From contig RFNZ01000001.1 of assembly GCA_009926935.1 (NCBI GenBank), positions 192,556 through 256,555 of the forward strand: a stretch of 64,000 nt of DNA. Direction: 5' to 3'. The stretch comes from Pseudomonadota bacterium. GTDB lineage: Bacteria > Pseudomonadota > Alphaproteobacteria > Micavibrionales > UBA1664. A model generated the notes under the pieces. The model was not told the DNA's origin. It was given only the letters and a program-made list of their open reading frames with translations, and searched no databases. The translations under genes were made by a program, and so were the position numbers. Shown here piece after piece: positions 20,615 through 29,819 of the stretch; the first letter of the stretch is position 1, and each line of letters opens with the position of its first letter.

Positions 20615-22219
20615 CTACATAGCACCATAGTTGGGGCCGCCGCCACCCTGCGGGGTCGTCCAGTCGATATTCTGCGATGGGTCTTTGATGTCGCAGGTTT
20701 TGCAATGTACGCAGTTTTGCGCGTTGATTTGGAATTTTTTATGGCCGTCTGCACCTTCCACAATTTCGTAGACGCCTGCGGGGCAGTAGCGCTGTGCGGG
20801 CTCGGCGAACTCGGGTAAATTTACGGATACGGGTATGGACGGATCGCGCAGCTTTAGATGCACTGGCTGGTCTTCCTCGTGGTTGGTGTTCGATAAAAAG
20901 ACGGAAGACAGACGGTCAAAAGTAAGCACACCGTCAGGCTTTGGGTAGTTGATTGGCGTATAGTTTTTGGCTTTGCCTGTTTGCGCGTGGTCCGCCTTGT
21001 GCGCAAGCGTATAGGGCAGACGCCAACCGCCGATGGTCTGGAACCCTGCGTGCAACAGGCCAAACAGGAGGCCGTAATGGAAACCGGGCCGGATGTTGCG
21101 GACCTTATACAGTTCGTCATAGAGCCAGCTTTTGCGGAATAGTTCTTCGTAGTCCTGACCGTTTACGATGGATTCGGCCGCAAGCATGCCGGATTTCATG
21201 GCGGCATGGTTGCCCTTGATTTTAGGCACATTCAAAAACCCCGCGCTATCGCCCACCAGCATACCGCCCGGGAAAGTCAGCTTGGGCATGGATTGCAGCC
21301 CGCCTTCGACCAGCGCGCGGGCGCCGTAAGATATGCGCTTACCACCTTCCAAGAACGCTTTGATGGCGGGGTGGGTTTTAAACCTTTGCATTTCCTCGAA
21401 CGGGGATAGATACGGGTTTTTGTAATCAAGCCCCGTCACGAAGCCGATGGAGACGAGATTATCGGCCATATGATACATCCATGACCCGCCGTAGGTTTGT
21501 GCATCCATGGGCCAGCCGATGGTGTGCATGCAATAACCCTGCTTGTGTTTTGCGGGGTCGATTTGCCAGACTTCCTTGACCCCGAGGCCATAGGTTTGCG
21601 GTGACTTGCCGCGACGCAAATCGAATTTGTTGATAACGGTTTTAGTAAGGGAGCCGTGGCAGCCTTCCCCCAGCACCAAGGTTTTTGCGTGGAGCTCCAT
21701 GCCGGGTTGGTATTGCGCCGTTTGTTCACCATGTTTGCCGATACCCATATCGCCTGTGGCGACGCCCATAGCTTTACCTTCGCTGTCATACAGCACTTCG
21801 GATGCAGCGAAACCCGGGTAAATTTCTACGCCTAGTTCTTCGGCCTGTTTTGCGAGCCAGCGGCCCAGTTCGCCGAGCGAGATAATGTAATTGCCCGCAT
21901 TGTGCATTTGCGGCGGGGTTGGCAGATGAATAGCGGCTTTTTCGGTTAAGAAAACAAAATGGTCTTCCGTCGGCTGGACCTTGAGCGGGGCGTCTTTTGA
22001 TTGCCAGTCGGGTATAAGCTCATCCAAGGCACGGGGCTCGAACACGGCGCCTGAAAGCAAATGCGCGCCGACTTCCGACCCTTTTTCGAGGATGCAGACG
22101 GTTTTGGCAGCATCAAGCTGTTTGATGCGAATAGCACATGACAAACCCGCGGGCCCGGCGCCTACGATGACGACATCGTATTCCATGACAGATCTATCGG
22201 GGCGGATTGGCTCGGGCAT
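20615..22219 (-). CDS. electron-transfer flavoprotein:ubiquinone oxidoreductase (ETF-QO)
   Basis: Start at MPEPIRPDRSVMEYDVVIVGAGPAGLS (FAD GxGxxG). The C-terminal 4Fe-4S motif is CPAGVYE...INAQNCVHCKTCDIKDP. The upstream 76 codons of the track ORF look non-coding. Confidence 0.9.
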   Translation of the reverse strand: MPEPIRPDRSVMEYDVVIVGAGPAGLSCAIRIKQLDAAKTVCILEKGSEVGAHLLSGAVFEPRALDELIPDWQSKDAPLKVQPTEDHFVFLTEKAAIHLPTPPQMHNAGNYIISLGELGRWLAKQAEELGVEIYPGFAASEVLYDSEGKAMGVATGDMGIGKHGEQTAQYQPGMELHAKTLVLGEGCHGSLTKTVINKFDLRRGKSPQTYGLGVKEVWQIDPAKHKQGYCMHTIGWPMDAQTYGGSWMYHMADNLVSIGFVTGLDYKNPYLSPFEEMQRFKTHPAIKAFLEGGKRISYGARALVEGGLQSMPKLTFPGGMLVGDSAGFLNVPKIKGNHAAMKSGMLAAESIVNGQDYEELFRKSWLYDELYKVRNIRPGFHYGLLFGLLHAGFQTIGGWRLPYTLAHKADHAQTGKAKNYTPINYPKPDGVLTFDRLSSVFLSNTNHEEDQPVHLKLRDPSIPVSVNLPEFAEPAQRYCPAGVYEIVEGADGHKKFQINAQNCVHCKTCDIKDPSQNIDWTTPQGGGGPNYGAM

Positions 22220-22250
22220 ATAGCGCTTCTTGATTTGGTCTGCTACGACT

Positions 22251-23072
22251 ATGACATTCAAACAGGCTTGTGAAAAGACAATGGGACATCCTTTGGCCGA
22301 GGCACTGCAATGGCATATCGATAACGGCGTCGATGTGGCGGTTGGTGACGTGGCGGTAAACCGCACGGTTGCGCGCGCAGCAGAGCCGCCCAAAGCCTCC
22401 GAACTCAAGCCTGCCGAGCCGAAACATGCCGAGCCGGGCATCGCCATTACAGGCAGTTTTGCAGCCCTTCGTCAAAAAGCCGTTGATGCGGCCGCTGCGG
22501 CCAATACCCTTGAAGGGTTGCGGGAAGCGATTCGGGTCTATGACGGGCTTGAGGTCAAACGAACTGCCACGAATCTTGTTTTTGCCGACGGCAACCCCAA
22601 GGCCCGCGTGATGGTTATTGGCGAAGCACCGGGCGCTGACGAAGACCGTCAAGGCCTGCCTTTTGTAGGCGTGAGCGGGCAGTTATTGGACAAGATGTTT
22701 GAATGCATCGGCCTTTCGCGCCGTGAGGAAGACCCGGCAAAAGCCATTTATATATCCAACATCCTGAACTGGCGGCCACCAGGCAACCGCACGCCGACCG
22801 AGGCCGAAATTAGTTTGGCGATGCCTTTCATTGAACGGCATATTGCCCTTGTGGCCCCTAAGTATGTGGTGCTCATGGGGGCTGTTGCCGCCAAGGGTAT
22901 CCTTGATATGGACCAAGCCATATCGCGTCTGCGTGGCAAGTTTTACGACCATCCGTCGGGCGCAAAACTGCTGCCGACGTATCACCCGTCCTTCCTGTTG
23001 CGGACGCCTTTACAAAAGAAGAAAGCATGGCAGGATCTCCTGCTCCTCTCCGATGCCCTGAAAGACAAGTAA
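22251..23072 (+). CDS. uracil-DNA glycosylase, family 4, with an alpha-type N-terminal extension
   Basis: Motifs [17 protein letters not shown] and HPSFLLR. The track start is a TTG; the ATG at 22251 is preferred, and 22281 is also possible. Confidence 0.85.
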   Translation: MTFKQACEKTMGHPLAEALQWHIDNGVDVAVGDVAVNRTVARAAEPPKASELKPAEPKHAEPGIAITGSFAALRQKAVDAAAAANTLEGLREAIRVYDGLEVKRTATNLVFADGNPKARVMVIGEAPGADEDRQGLPFVGVSGQLLDKMFECIGLSRREEDPAKAIYISNILNWRPPGNRTPTEAEISLAMPFIERHIALVAPKYVVLMGAVAAKGILDMDQAISRLRGKFYDHPSGAKLLPTYHPSFLLRTPLQKKKAWQDLLLLSDALKDK

Positions 23073-23148
23073 TTTTATTTCATTTATACGGTAAATTTTT
23101 ACCTCAGCGACTCGACTCTGGCTGGTCGCGGGAGTAATTGGCAGGGTC

Positions 23149-24855
23149 ATGGCCTGCCTTGCAACCCTGCTGCGCTCCATACCACGCCTTTTGGCTTTGG
23201 GTGTCTGCCTGCTTGCAGCCGTGCCCGCCTATGCCGATACGCCGCTGGCCACACCGCGTCAGCAACCCCTTTTTGTGACCGACACGCTTTTGCCCGAGCA
23301 GACGATCGATATTGATACGCTTTCAAAGCTACATCTCAGCGATAAAGACGCGGCACTTTATGCGCGCATTTTTTCAGCCCGCGCGCGCGGCAACAAAGCC
23401 GAGGCTCTATCGCTTACAAAAAAACTTGGCGACCGAAGCCTCGTTGACTGGGCGCAGGTACGCCAAGGTCGGGAGATTGCTTTATGGATGCCGCAAAAAA
23501 CGGGCAGCGTGCAGCGTCTCTATAAAAGCCCGGTGCCCCGCGATAAGAAGGCTGCGGATACTGCTGCCGATATCATGCTGTCGGTATCCGTGCTGCTCAA
23601 GACAGATGATATAGAACGCGCACTTGAAGTCACCCGCCGCGCCGCAGGCATACACAGCATCGACCGTATTGAAATTGCACAGCTTTACGCGAAAATTGCA
23701 ACGGCACGGCTGCATAATACCGCCTATGCCGAGGCTGCATCAATGGCACATCTAGCCTTGCAGATTGCCGGACCAGTCGTGCCCGAGGCCGCATGGGTTG
23801 CGGGGCTTGCCAACTGGACGCAAGGCCACACGGCGCGCGCCGCCCAATATTTTACTTGGATCCCCGCATCGCCTTATGCAGGGCCATGGATGCGGTCTGC
23901 CGCCGCCTACTGGACTGCCCGCGCCATGATGCGCGAAGGGCACTACAACCATGTGAGCGCATGGCTTCTTGAGGCCGCCAAAAACCCACGCAGTTTTTAC
24001 GGCCTGATTGCCACCCGCGCGCTTGGCACGCGTTTTGATTTCAACTGGTCGGTGCCACGGCTGACAGACACCCATATTGATGTGCTTAAAAAGCATCGCG
24101 GCGCTGTGCGTGCCCTTAAGCTTGCTCAGGCCGGACAGTTTGATATGGCCCGTATTGAATTGGCACTGCTCGATGAAGCCGAAGCGCCTTTATGGCGGGA
24201 GGCACTGGCTGCCTTAACGGTTGCCACACTCAAGCCGGATGTCGTGATGAAAGTTGCGAGCATATTGGAAACGCCAGAAGGCAAGCCAATGGATATGGCG
24301 CTTTACCCCGTAGCCCCTTGGCAGCCGCGCGACGGCTACCGCCTTGACCCTGCGCTTATCCATGCCTTTGTGCGCCAGGAATCAGGCTTTCAGGCAGAGG
24401 CGACCAACAAAACAAGCGGGGCCACGGGGCTGCTACAATTACTGCCACGTACGGCCCGTACGCTTGATAAAACGATGCAGGGCGACACCCTGAAAAACCC
24501 ACGCGTGAGCATGGCTTTAGGCCAGCAATATCTTGAAGATTTATTGGACATGACGGACGGCAACCTTTTTGAAGCCGCGATTGCCTATAACGCAGGCCCC
24601 GGCAATCTTGCCATCTGGAAAGACCGGTTTGCCAACCTCGATGACCCGCTTTTATTTATCGAGCTTGTGCCATACAGCGAAACCCGCGCCTATGTCGAAC
24701 GCGTGATGGCGAATTACTGGATATACAGTTTGCGCATGGGGTACGGCGTGGCCTCCCTTGATGCGGTTGCTGCGGGCGCCCCCGCCGTGTACGCCACGTA
24801 CGCACAGCCCCGCGACAGGGCTGTTTACGCCGCCATCAGTGCCAATAGCCGCTGA
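23149..24855 (+). CDS. soluble lytic murein transglycosylase (Slt70-like)
   Basis: A signal peptide, a long helical superhelix region, then the SLT catalytic block FVRQESGFQAEATNKTSGATGLLQLLPRTA...AYNAGPGN. Confidence 0.8.
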   Translation: MACLATLLRSIPRLLALGVCLLAAVPAYADTPLATPRQQPLFVTDTLLPEQTIDIDTLSKLHLSDKDAALYARIFSARARGNKAEALSLTKKLGDRSLVDWAQVRQGREIALWMPQKTGSVQRLYKSPVPRDKKAADTAADIMLSVSVLLKTDDIERALEVTRRAAGIHSIDRIEIAQLYAKIATARLHNTAYAEAASMAHLALQIAGPVVPEAAWVAGLANWTQGHTARAAQYFTWIPASPYAGPWMRSAAAYWTARAMMREGHYNHVSAWLLEAAKNPRSFYGLIATRALGTRFDFNWSVPRLTDTHIDVLKKHRGAVRALKLAQAGQFDMARIELALLDEAEAPLWREALAALTVATLKPDVVMKVASILETPEGKPMDMALYPVAPWQPRDGYRLDPALIHAFVRQESGFQAEATNKTSGATGLLQLLPRTARTLDKTMQGDTLKNPRVSMALGQQYLEDLLDMTDGNLFEAAIAYNAGPGNLAIWKDRFANLDDPLLFIELVPYSETRAYVERVMANYWIYSLRMGYGVASLDAVAAGAPAVYATYAQPRDRAVYAAISANSR

Positions 24856-25595
24856 TGGAGCTTGGCGTCGCCGCAAGCGAGCGTCTGGCCTGAACAGCGA
24901 TCCAACGTAATTGCCTTCCCCCGCCAGTCCGTAATGATGCCGCCGGCCCCTTCAATAATCGGCACAAGGCCCATGATGTCGTGTGCTTTGAGCGATGCCT
25001 CGAACACCACATCGGCAAAGCCTGATGCCATGAGCCCGTAAGCGTAACAATCCCCACCGTAAATCTGAAAGCCTGTCGCGTCCTGGATTTTTTTATAGGC
25101 GGCTTTTTCATGTTCGGTCTTGAACTGGCCCGGAGATGTCAGGATAAGGCGTGAGTGTTCAAGGGCCGCGCAGTCGCGGGTTGAAACCGGCCTGCCGTTA
25201 AAAAAGGTCGGGTTGTTTTTGGCACCTATCCATCTATCCCCTACGATGGGCTGGTTAAGCAGACCTGCCACGGGTACGCCGTTTTCACAAAGGCCAATGA
25301 CTGTTGTAAAAGTCGCGCGCCCGACCGTAAAGGCCCGCGTGCCGTCGATGGGGTCAATGACCCAGACGCGGCCCGAGGTGCCTTTTGTAACCCCGTATTC
25401 CTCGCCCTGAATGCCGTCATCGGGATATTTTTCGGTGATTCTTTTGCGCAAGGCTTCTTCGGTTTTTTTGTCGGCTTCCGTCACCGGATCGCCTTTGGAC
25501 TTGGCTTCCATCACAAAGTTTTGGCGATAATAGTTGCGAATAACCGAAGCGCTTATGTCCGCGAGTTCATCCAAAAAGCCAATCGTCTCTTGCAT
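24825..25595 (-). CDS. inositol monophosphatase family protein (HisN-like histidinol-phosphatase candidate)
   Basis: Motifs DPVTEADKKTEEALR, WVIDPIDGTRAF and a C-terminal WRG...D region. Substrate was not determined. Confidence 0.8.
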   Translation of the reverse strand: MQETIGFLDELADISASVIRNYYRQNFVMEAKSKGDPVTEADKKTEEALRKRITEKYPDDGIQGEEYGVTKGTSGRVWVIDPIDGTRAFTVGRATFTTVIGLCENGVPVAGLLNQPIVGDRWIGAKNNPTFFNGRPVSTRDCAALEHSRLILTSPGQFKTEHEKAAYKKIQDATGFQIYGGDCYAYGLMASGFADVVFEASLKAHDIMGLVPIIEGAGGIITDWRGKAITLDRCSGQTLACGDAKLHQRLLALMAA

Positions 25596-25631
25596 TTTAC
25601 AACCTATCCTGCAATCAATTTAACTATTAAT

Positions 25632-25708
25632 TTAACCACAGCGAACACAGCGCGCACAGCGATTTTGTGCCCTTATGTCGCTGTGGTCGCTGTGCCCTCT
25701 GTGGTTAA
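25632..25708. repeat. 77-bp imperfect palindrome built from 3 x CACAGCG heptamers per arm
   Basis: The left arm, TTAACCACAGCGAACACAGCGCGCACAGCGA (25632-25662), matches the reverse complement of the right arm (25678-25708) at 26/31 positions. Heptamers recur every 9 nt. It fills most of the 127-bp divergent intergenic region. Confidence 0.8.
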
Positions 25709-25722
25709 AAAGGATTTTTGCT

Positions 25723-28386
25723 ATGGTTTCCGTGAAAGATATTCGTTCTGAGTTTTTGAAGTTCTTCGTTGGCAAGGGCCATACCGAGGTGGCATCAAGC
25801 CCGCTTGTGCCACAAAACGACCCGACGCTGATGTTCGCGAACTCAGGCATGGTGCAATTCAAAAACGTATTCACGGGGCAGGAAACACGCCCCTACAAAC
25901 GCGCGACCACGGCCCAAAAATCAGTGCGCGCCGGCGGCAAGCACAATGACCTTGATAACGTTGGTTACACGGCCCGCCACCACACGTTCTTTGAAATGCT
26001 CGGGAACTTTTCGTTTGGCGACTACTTCAAGGAAGACGCGATTGCGTTTGCATGGGAGCTTGTGACCAAAAACTACGGCATGAACAAGGACAAGCTGCTA
26101 GTGACCGTGCACTCATCCGATGAAGAGGCGGCTGCCATCTGGCGCAAGGTTGCGGGTTTTAACGACTCGAAAATCATCCGCATCCCCACCAACGACAATT
26201 TCTGGATGATGGGTGATTTCGGGCCCTGCGGCCCATGTTCCGAGATTTTTTACGACCAGGGCGACAAGCTGCAAGGTGGCCCCCCCGGTTCAGCAGACCA
26301 AGACGGCGACCGTTTCCTTGAATTCTGGAACCTCGTTTTCATGCAATACGAACAATCGCCGGACGGTAAAGGCGGGTATAACCGCGTGCCGCTGCCGAAG
26401 CCATCCATCGATACCGGCATGGGCCTTGAGCGTATGGCGGCGCTGATGCAGGGCAAGTACACGAACTACGATATTGATTTGCTGCGTACCATCATTGAAC
26501 ACGCCGCACAAATTACGGGCGTAAACCCTGACGGCCCGCAAGCGGCATCACACCGCGTGATTGCGGACCATTTGCGCTGCTCGTCGTTTTTGCTGGCGGA
26601 TGGCGTTATGCCCTCCAACGAAGGGCGCGGCTATGTGCTGCGCCGTATCATGCGCCGCGGGATGCGCCACGCGCACATACTGGGCGCGGTTGAGCCCTTG
26701 ATGTACAAGCTGGTACCGACGCTTATATCCATGATGGGTGAGGCGTACCCTGAACTGAAGCGCGCCGAGGCTTTGATAACCGAGACGCTGAAACAGGAAG
26801 AAACACGCTTTAAGCGCACGCTCGACCGCGGGCTTAAATTGCTGGACGACGAGACATCATCCCTTACCAAAGGCGGCACCTTTAGCGGCGAGACCGCCTT
26901 TAAACTTTACGATACCTACGGCTTCCCCATTGACCTGACCGCCGATGCGCTGCGCCCCAAAGGCATTGATGTGGATATGGACGGCTTTAACAAAGCGATG
27001 GAAGCGCAAAAAGCGGAAGCCCGCAAACACTGGGCGGGATCGGGCGAGGCTGCGGATGACAAAGTATGGTTTGAAATACTTGATACCTGCGGCGCTACCG
27101 AATTTTTGGGCTACGCCCAAGACCACGCTGAAGGCAAGGTGCTTGCGATTGTGAAAGACGGACGCCGCGTGAAATCCGCCAAGGCCGGTGAAAACGTACT
27201 GCTTGTTGTTAACCAGACACCTTTTTATGCGGAGTCGGGCGGACAGGTGGGCGATACAGGCAGCTTCAAGACCGACAAGATGTCGGGCGCGGTGACCGAT
27301 ACCAAAAAACACCTTGGTAAAATCTGGGCCCATAGTGTCACGATTGACAAGGGCACGCTTGCCGAGAGCGACGCGGTTGATTTGATGATTGATGTTGCCC
27401 GCCGCAATGCTATCCGTGGAAGCCATTCGGCCACGCACCTGCTGCACGAGGCCCTGCGCCGTCGTTTGGGTGACCATGTTGCGCAAAAAGGATCTTTACA
27501 GCAGGAAGGCCGCACACGCTTTGATATTTCACAACCCGTGCCGATGACGGCTGAGGATGTTGCTTTTGTTGAAGCGGAAGTGAATGCGCGCATACGTGCC
27601 AACAGCGATATTACAACACGCATCATGCCGCTTGATGAAGCCCGCGAAAGCGGTGCCCGCGCCCTCTTTGGCGAAAAATACGACAGCGAAGTGCGCGTGG
27701 TTGCCATGGGTGGTATTGATGCCGGTGCCGGGCATGAGTTTTCGGTCGAGCTTTGCGGCGGTACGCACGCAAAGCGCACGGGGGATATTGGCGCGTTTAA
27801 AATCATTGCGGAGTCGGCTGTATCGGCCGGCATTCGCCGCGTTGAGGCTTTAACGGGTGATGCCGCGATTGCCTATATGGCGGAGCGTGATGCCAAGCTG
27901 CAAAAAACAGCGGCCCTTTTGAAGGCCGCGCCCGAAGATGTGGATGCCCGTGTTGAAGCATTGCTCGATGAAAAGAAACGCCTTGAAAAAGAAGTATCGG
28001 AGCTACGGCGCAAGCTGGCTGCGGGTGGCGGCGGTAGCGCCGCCGCGTCTGATGTCAAAGATATTGGCGGGGTTAAATTTACATCCCGCGTCTTGCAGGA
28101 TCTACCCGCAGGCGATTTGAAGCCACTGGCTGACGATATTAAAGCCAAGCTTGGCAGTGGTGTGATTGCGCTGATTGCCGTCAATGATGGCAAAGCCAGC
28201 CTTGTCGTGGCTGTGACCGATGATCTGACCAAACGCTTTAGCGCTGTTGACCTTGTAAAGGTTGGCGCCGAAGCTTTGGGCGGTAAAGGCGGTGGTGGCC
28301 GCGCTGATATGGCGCAGGCTGGCGGGCCTGATGGCAGCAAGGCTGATGCGGCCGTTAAAGCCATCGAAGGCAAACTGGCGGCTTAG
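25723..28386 (+). CDS. alaS: alanine--tRNA ligase
   Basis: Start at [15 protein letters not shown]. Class-II AlaRS blocks are present: [41 protein letters not shown], the editing-domain H-x-x-x-H (HSATHLLH) and CGGTH. Confidence 0.95.
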   Translation: MVSVKDIRSEFLKFFVGKGHTEVASSPLVPQNDPTLMFANSGMVQFKNVFTGQETRPYKRATTAQKSVRAGGKHNDLDNVGYTARHHTFFEMLGNFSFGDYFKEDAIAFAWELVTKNYGMNKDKLLVTVHSSDEEAAAIWRKVAGFNDSKIIRIPTNDNFWMMGDFGPCGPCSEIFYDQGDKLQGGPPGSADQDGDRFLEFWNLVFMQYEQSPDGKGGYNRVPLPKPSIDTGMGLERMAALMQGKYTNYDIDLLRTIIEHAAQITGVNPDGPQAASHRVIADHLRCSSFLLADGVMPSNEGRGYVLRRIMRRGMRHAHILGAVEPLMYKLVPTLISMMGEAYPELKRAEALITETLKQEETRFKRTLDRGLKLLDDETSSLTKGGTFSGETAFKLYDTYGFPIDLTADALRPKGIDVDMDGFNKAMEAQKAEARKHWAGSGEAADDKVWFEILDTCGATEFLGYAQDHAEGKVLAIVKDGRRVKSAKAGENVLLVVNQTPFYAESGGQVGDTGSFKTDKMSGAVTDTKKHLGKIWAHSVTIDKGTLAESDAVDLMIDVARRNAIRGSHSATHLLHEALRRRLGDHVAQKGSLQQEGRTRFDISQPVPMTAEDVAFVEAEVNARIRANSDITTRIMPLDEARESGARALFGEKYDSEVRVVAMGGIDAGAGHEFSVELCGGTHAKRTGDIGAFKIIAESAVSAGIRRVEALTGDAAIAYMAERDAKLQKTAALLKAAPEDVDARVEALLDEKKRLEKEVSELRRKLAAGGGGSAAASDVKDIGGVKFTSRVLQDLPAGDLKPLADDIKAKLGSGVIALIAVNDGKASLVVAVTDDLTKRFSAVDLVKVGAEALGGKGGGGRADMAQAGGPDGSKADAAVKAIEGKLAA

Positions 28387-28839
28387 ATGAGTACTGACAA
28401 ACAAGATCTTGGTGACATGGGTGAAAAACTTGTTGCCGAGCGCTGTGCCTGTCCTAAGTGCAAACGTACAAGAACATTGAAATGTCTGCCTAAGAACTTC
28501 AAATGCGCAGATGTAATCTGTGATTTTTGTGGTTATCTCGCGCAAGTGAAGACTGCCAGCTCTGATTGCTTGGATGTCATTCCTAATCGTGTACTTGGCG
28601 CAGCTTGGGGACCGCAGAAAGAACGCATGAATGCGAGCATCTTTTTTCCGCTCTTTCTTGTTCTTTCCACAAACCAGAAAAAATCTGGGTGTGCCATTTA
28701 CTACTTGTCCGCTGATCTTCAGACAGCGGATATATATGTGCCAAGAAAGCCTCTCGGACCTCATGCAAAAAGATCTGGCTGGCAGGGTTTCATCTATGAT
28801 GTATCAGAAATTAAGGATCGCTTTGTTCGGTTGATTTAG
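28387..28839 (+). CDS. DpnI / Dam-replacing-protein-family-like PD-(D/E)XK nuclease homologue with a Cys4 zinc ribbon (catalytic-domain-only, 150 aa)
   Basis: GEKLVAERCACPKCKRTRTLKCLPKNFKCADVICDFCGYLAQVK...IFFPLFLVL...VPRKPLGPHAKRSGWQGFIYDV. This is colinear, from memory, with R.DpnI (CPNC...ADFYCNHC..EFELKSK...FFFLTY...RKPLAPTARRAGWIGCNIDL). About 43% GC in the 120 nt I counted, against about 63% at the alaS 3' end. Confidence 0.55.
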   Translation: MSTDKQDLGDMGEKLVAERCACPKCKRTRTLKCLPKNFKCADVICDFCGYLAQVKTASSDCLDVIPNRVLGAAWGPQKERMNASIFFPLFLVLSTNQKKSGCAIYYLSADLQTADIYVPRKPLGPHAKRSGWQGFIYDVSEIKDRFVRLI

Positions 28840-28857
28840 ATATCAGCCTTGTTTTTA

Positions 28858-28887
28858 TTGACATAACGTTGTTGCGCTGCGTAAAGT
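28858..28887 (+). promoter_or_regulatory. candidate promoter (TTGACA-18 nt-TAAAGT) for the 306-aa orphan
   Basis: TTGACA at 28858-28863 and TAAAGT at 28882-28887, 7 nt before the ATG at 28894. A leaderless or very short-leader transcript would be implied. Confidence 0.3.
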
Positions 28888-28893
28888 GTTGGC

Positions 28894-29814
28894 ATGACAG
28901 ATGCCGCTACACTTGCTGCGATTGAGGCGCGTTTTGCGACTTCGCTTGGTTTTTACGGGAGACTGGTTGCGTGTTTTAATGCGCTCGCCGAGCGCCGCTA
29001 TGACGACCCGGCACTGCTCGCGCTTGTAAAGACATCGCTGCAATCAAACGGTCTGAGCGCCGCCATGCCGCTTGCCGATATTCTGAACGGGGCTGAGCCT
29101 GTACACACGACACTGGTAGTCCAAGAAGCCGCGCTTCTAACCCAATCCAGCGAGCAGGCACAGCGCCGGATGCGTATTTTGATGAAATCGCCGCGTGCGG
29201 CTCTTGGTTATTCGGAGCTTGGCGAAGATGATTTGTTTGCCCCCCACGCACAGGCTGTTGCCAATGAAATTACAAACCTGCATGTGGCTTATGTGCCTTA
29301 CGCGCACCAGACGGCCGCCAACTTTTTGAGTGCTGCTCAAACATACCCGACCGGCCCATCCCTTAAACCTACCATCGACAGCCTTGAAGACCGCCGCGGG
29401 CGCGTAGCTCAGGAGTACGTGAAACTGCGTGATGGTATGACACGCGGTGAGATGTCCATTGGTGAGGTTCAAGCGTTTTATAGAGACTACCCTGATATGA
29501 CGTATCTCCCTGACAGGGATTACGCCAAAAACACACTCGATCTTTGCGATACGCATGTTTCTATTGCGGAAACCAGCCTTGCCCGCCTTGGCCTGCGGAT
29601 TGCGCAAGCCTATCTGGTAGCTACAAGCGGAGCCGGCCAGCATGCCCTTGCGACGGACCCTGCATTTAAACGCGATTACGATACAAAATTTCAGGAAACG
29701 GCAAACGCCTTCCAGCGCGTTGTGCTGCATCTTGAAGGCGGTACGGTAACGGACGGGCCAATTGTCAGCGCACGGCATTATCTTGGCGTTGCCCGAGGTC
29801 TTACCCCCGCGTAA
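28894..29814 (+). CDS. hypothetical protein (306 aa, helical, no recognised domain)
   Basis: Long ORF with background GC and normal-looking codon usage. I could read no TM segment, signal peptide or catalytic motif. Confidence 0.5.
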   Translation: MTDAATLAAIEARFATSLGFYGRLVACFNALAERRYDDPALLALVKTSLQSNGLSAAMPLADILNGAEPVHTTLVVQEAALLTQSSEQAQRRMRILMKSPRAALGYSELGEDDLFAPHAQAVANEITNLHVAYVPYAHQTAANFLSAAQTYPTGPSLKPTIDSLEDRRGRVAQEYVKLRDGMTRGEMSIGEVQAFYRDYPDMTYLPDRDYAKNTLDLCDTHVSIAETSLARLGLRIAQAYLVATSGAGQHALATDPAFKRDYDTKFQETANAFQRVVLHLEGGTVTDGPIVSARHYLGVARGLTPA

Positions 29815-29819
29815 AATTT

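Noticed and set aside
20615-22447. N-terminal 76-codon extension of the ETF-QO ORF, and similar 5' extensions of alaS (25675), purM (41294), DUF2066 (41350), rhomboid (17937), the histidine kinase (43120) and DUF1489 (8522)
   Set aside because: The extensions are Ser/Ala/Cys/Arg-rich junk that overlaps neighbouring genes. Conserved N-terminal motifs begin at internal start codons with better context.
25632-25708. CRISPR-like or REP-like interpretation of the CACAGCG repeats
   Set aside because: The repeats are only 7-nt units at a 9-nt period, arranged as one palindrome. There are no spacers and no cas genes, so it is treated as a regulatory palindrome instead.
28102-28764. 220-aa minus-strand ORF across the alaS end and the DpnI-like gene
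   Set aside because: It overlaps the well-supported alaS C-terminus and gives a junk-like translation. The plus frame carries the Cys4/PD-QxK/RKPL...GW motifs.
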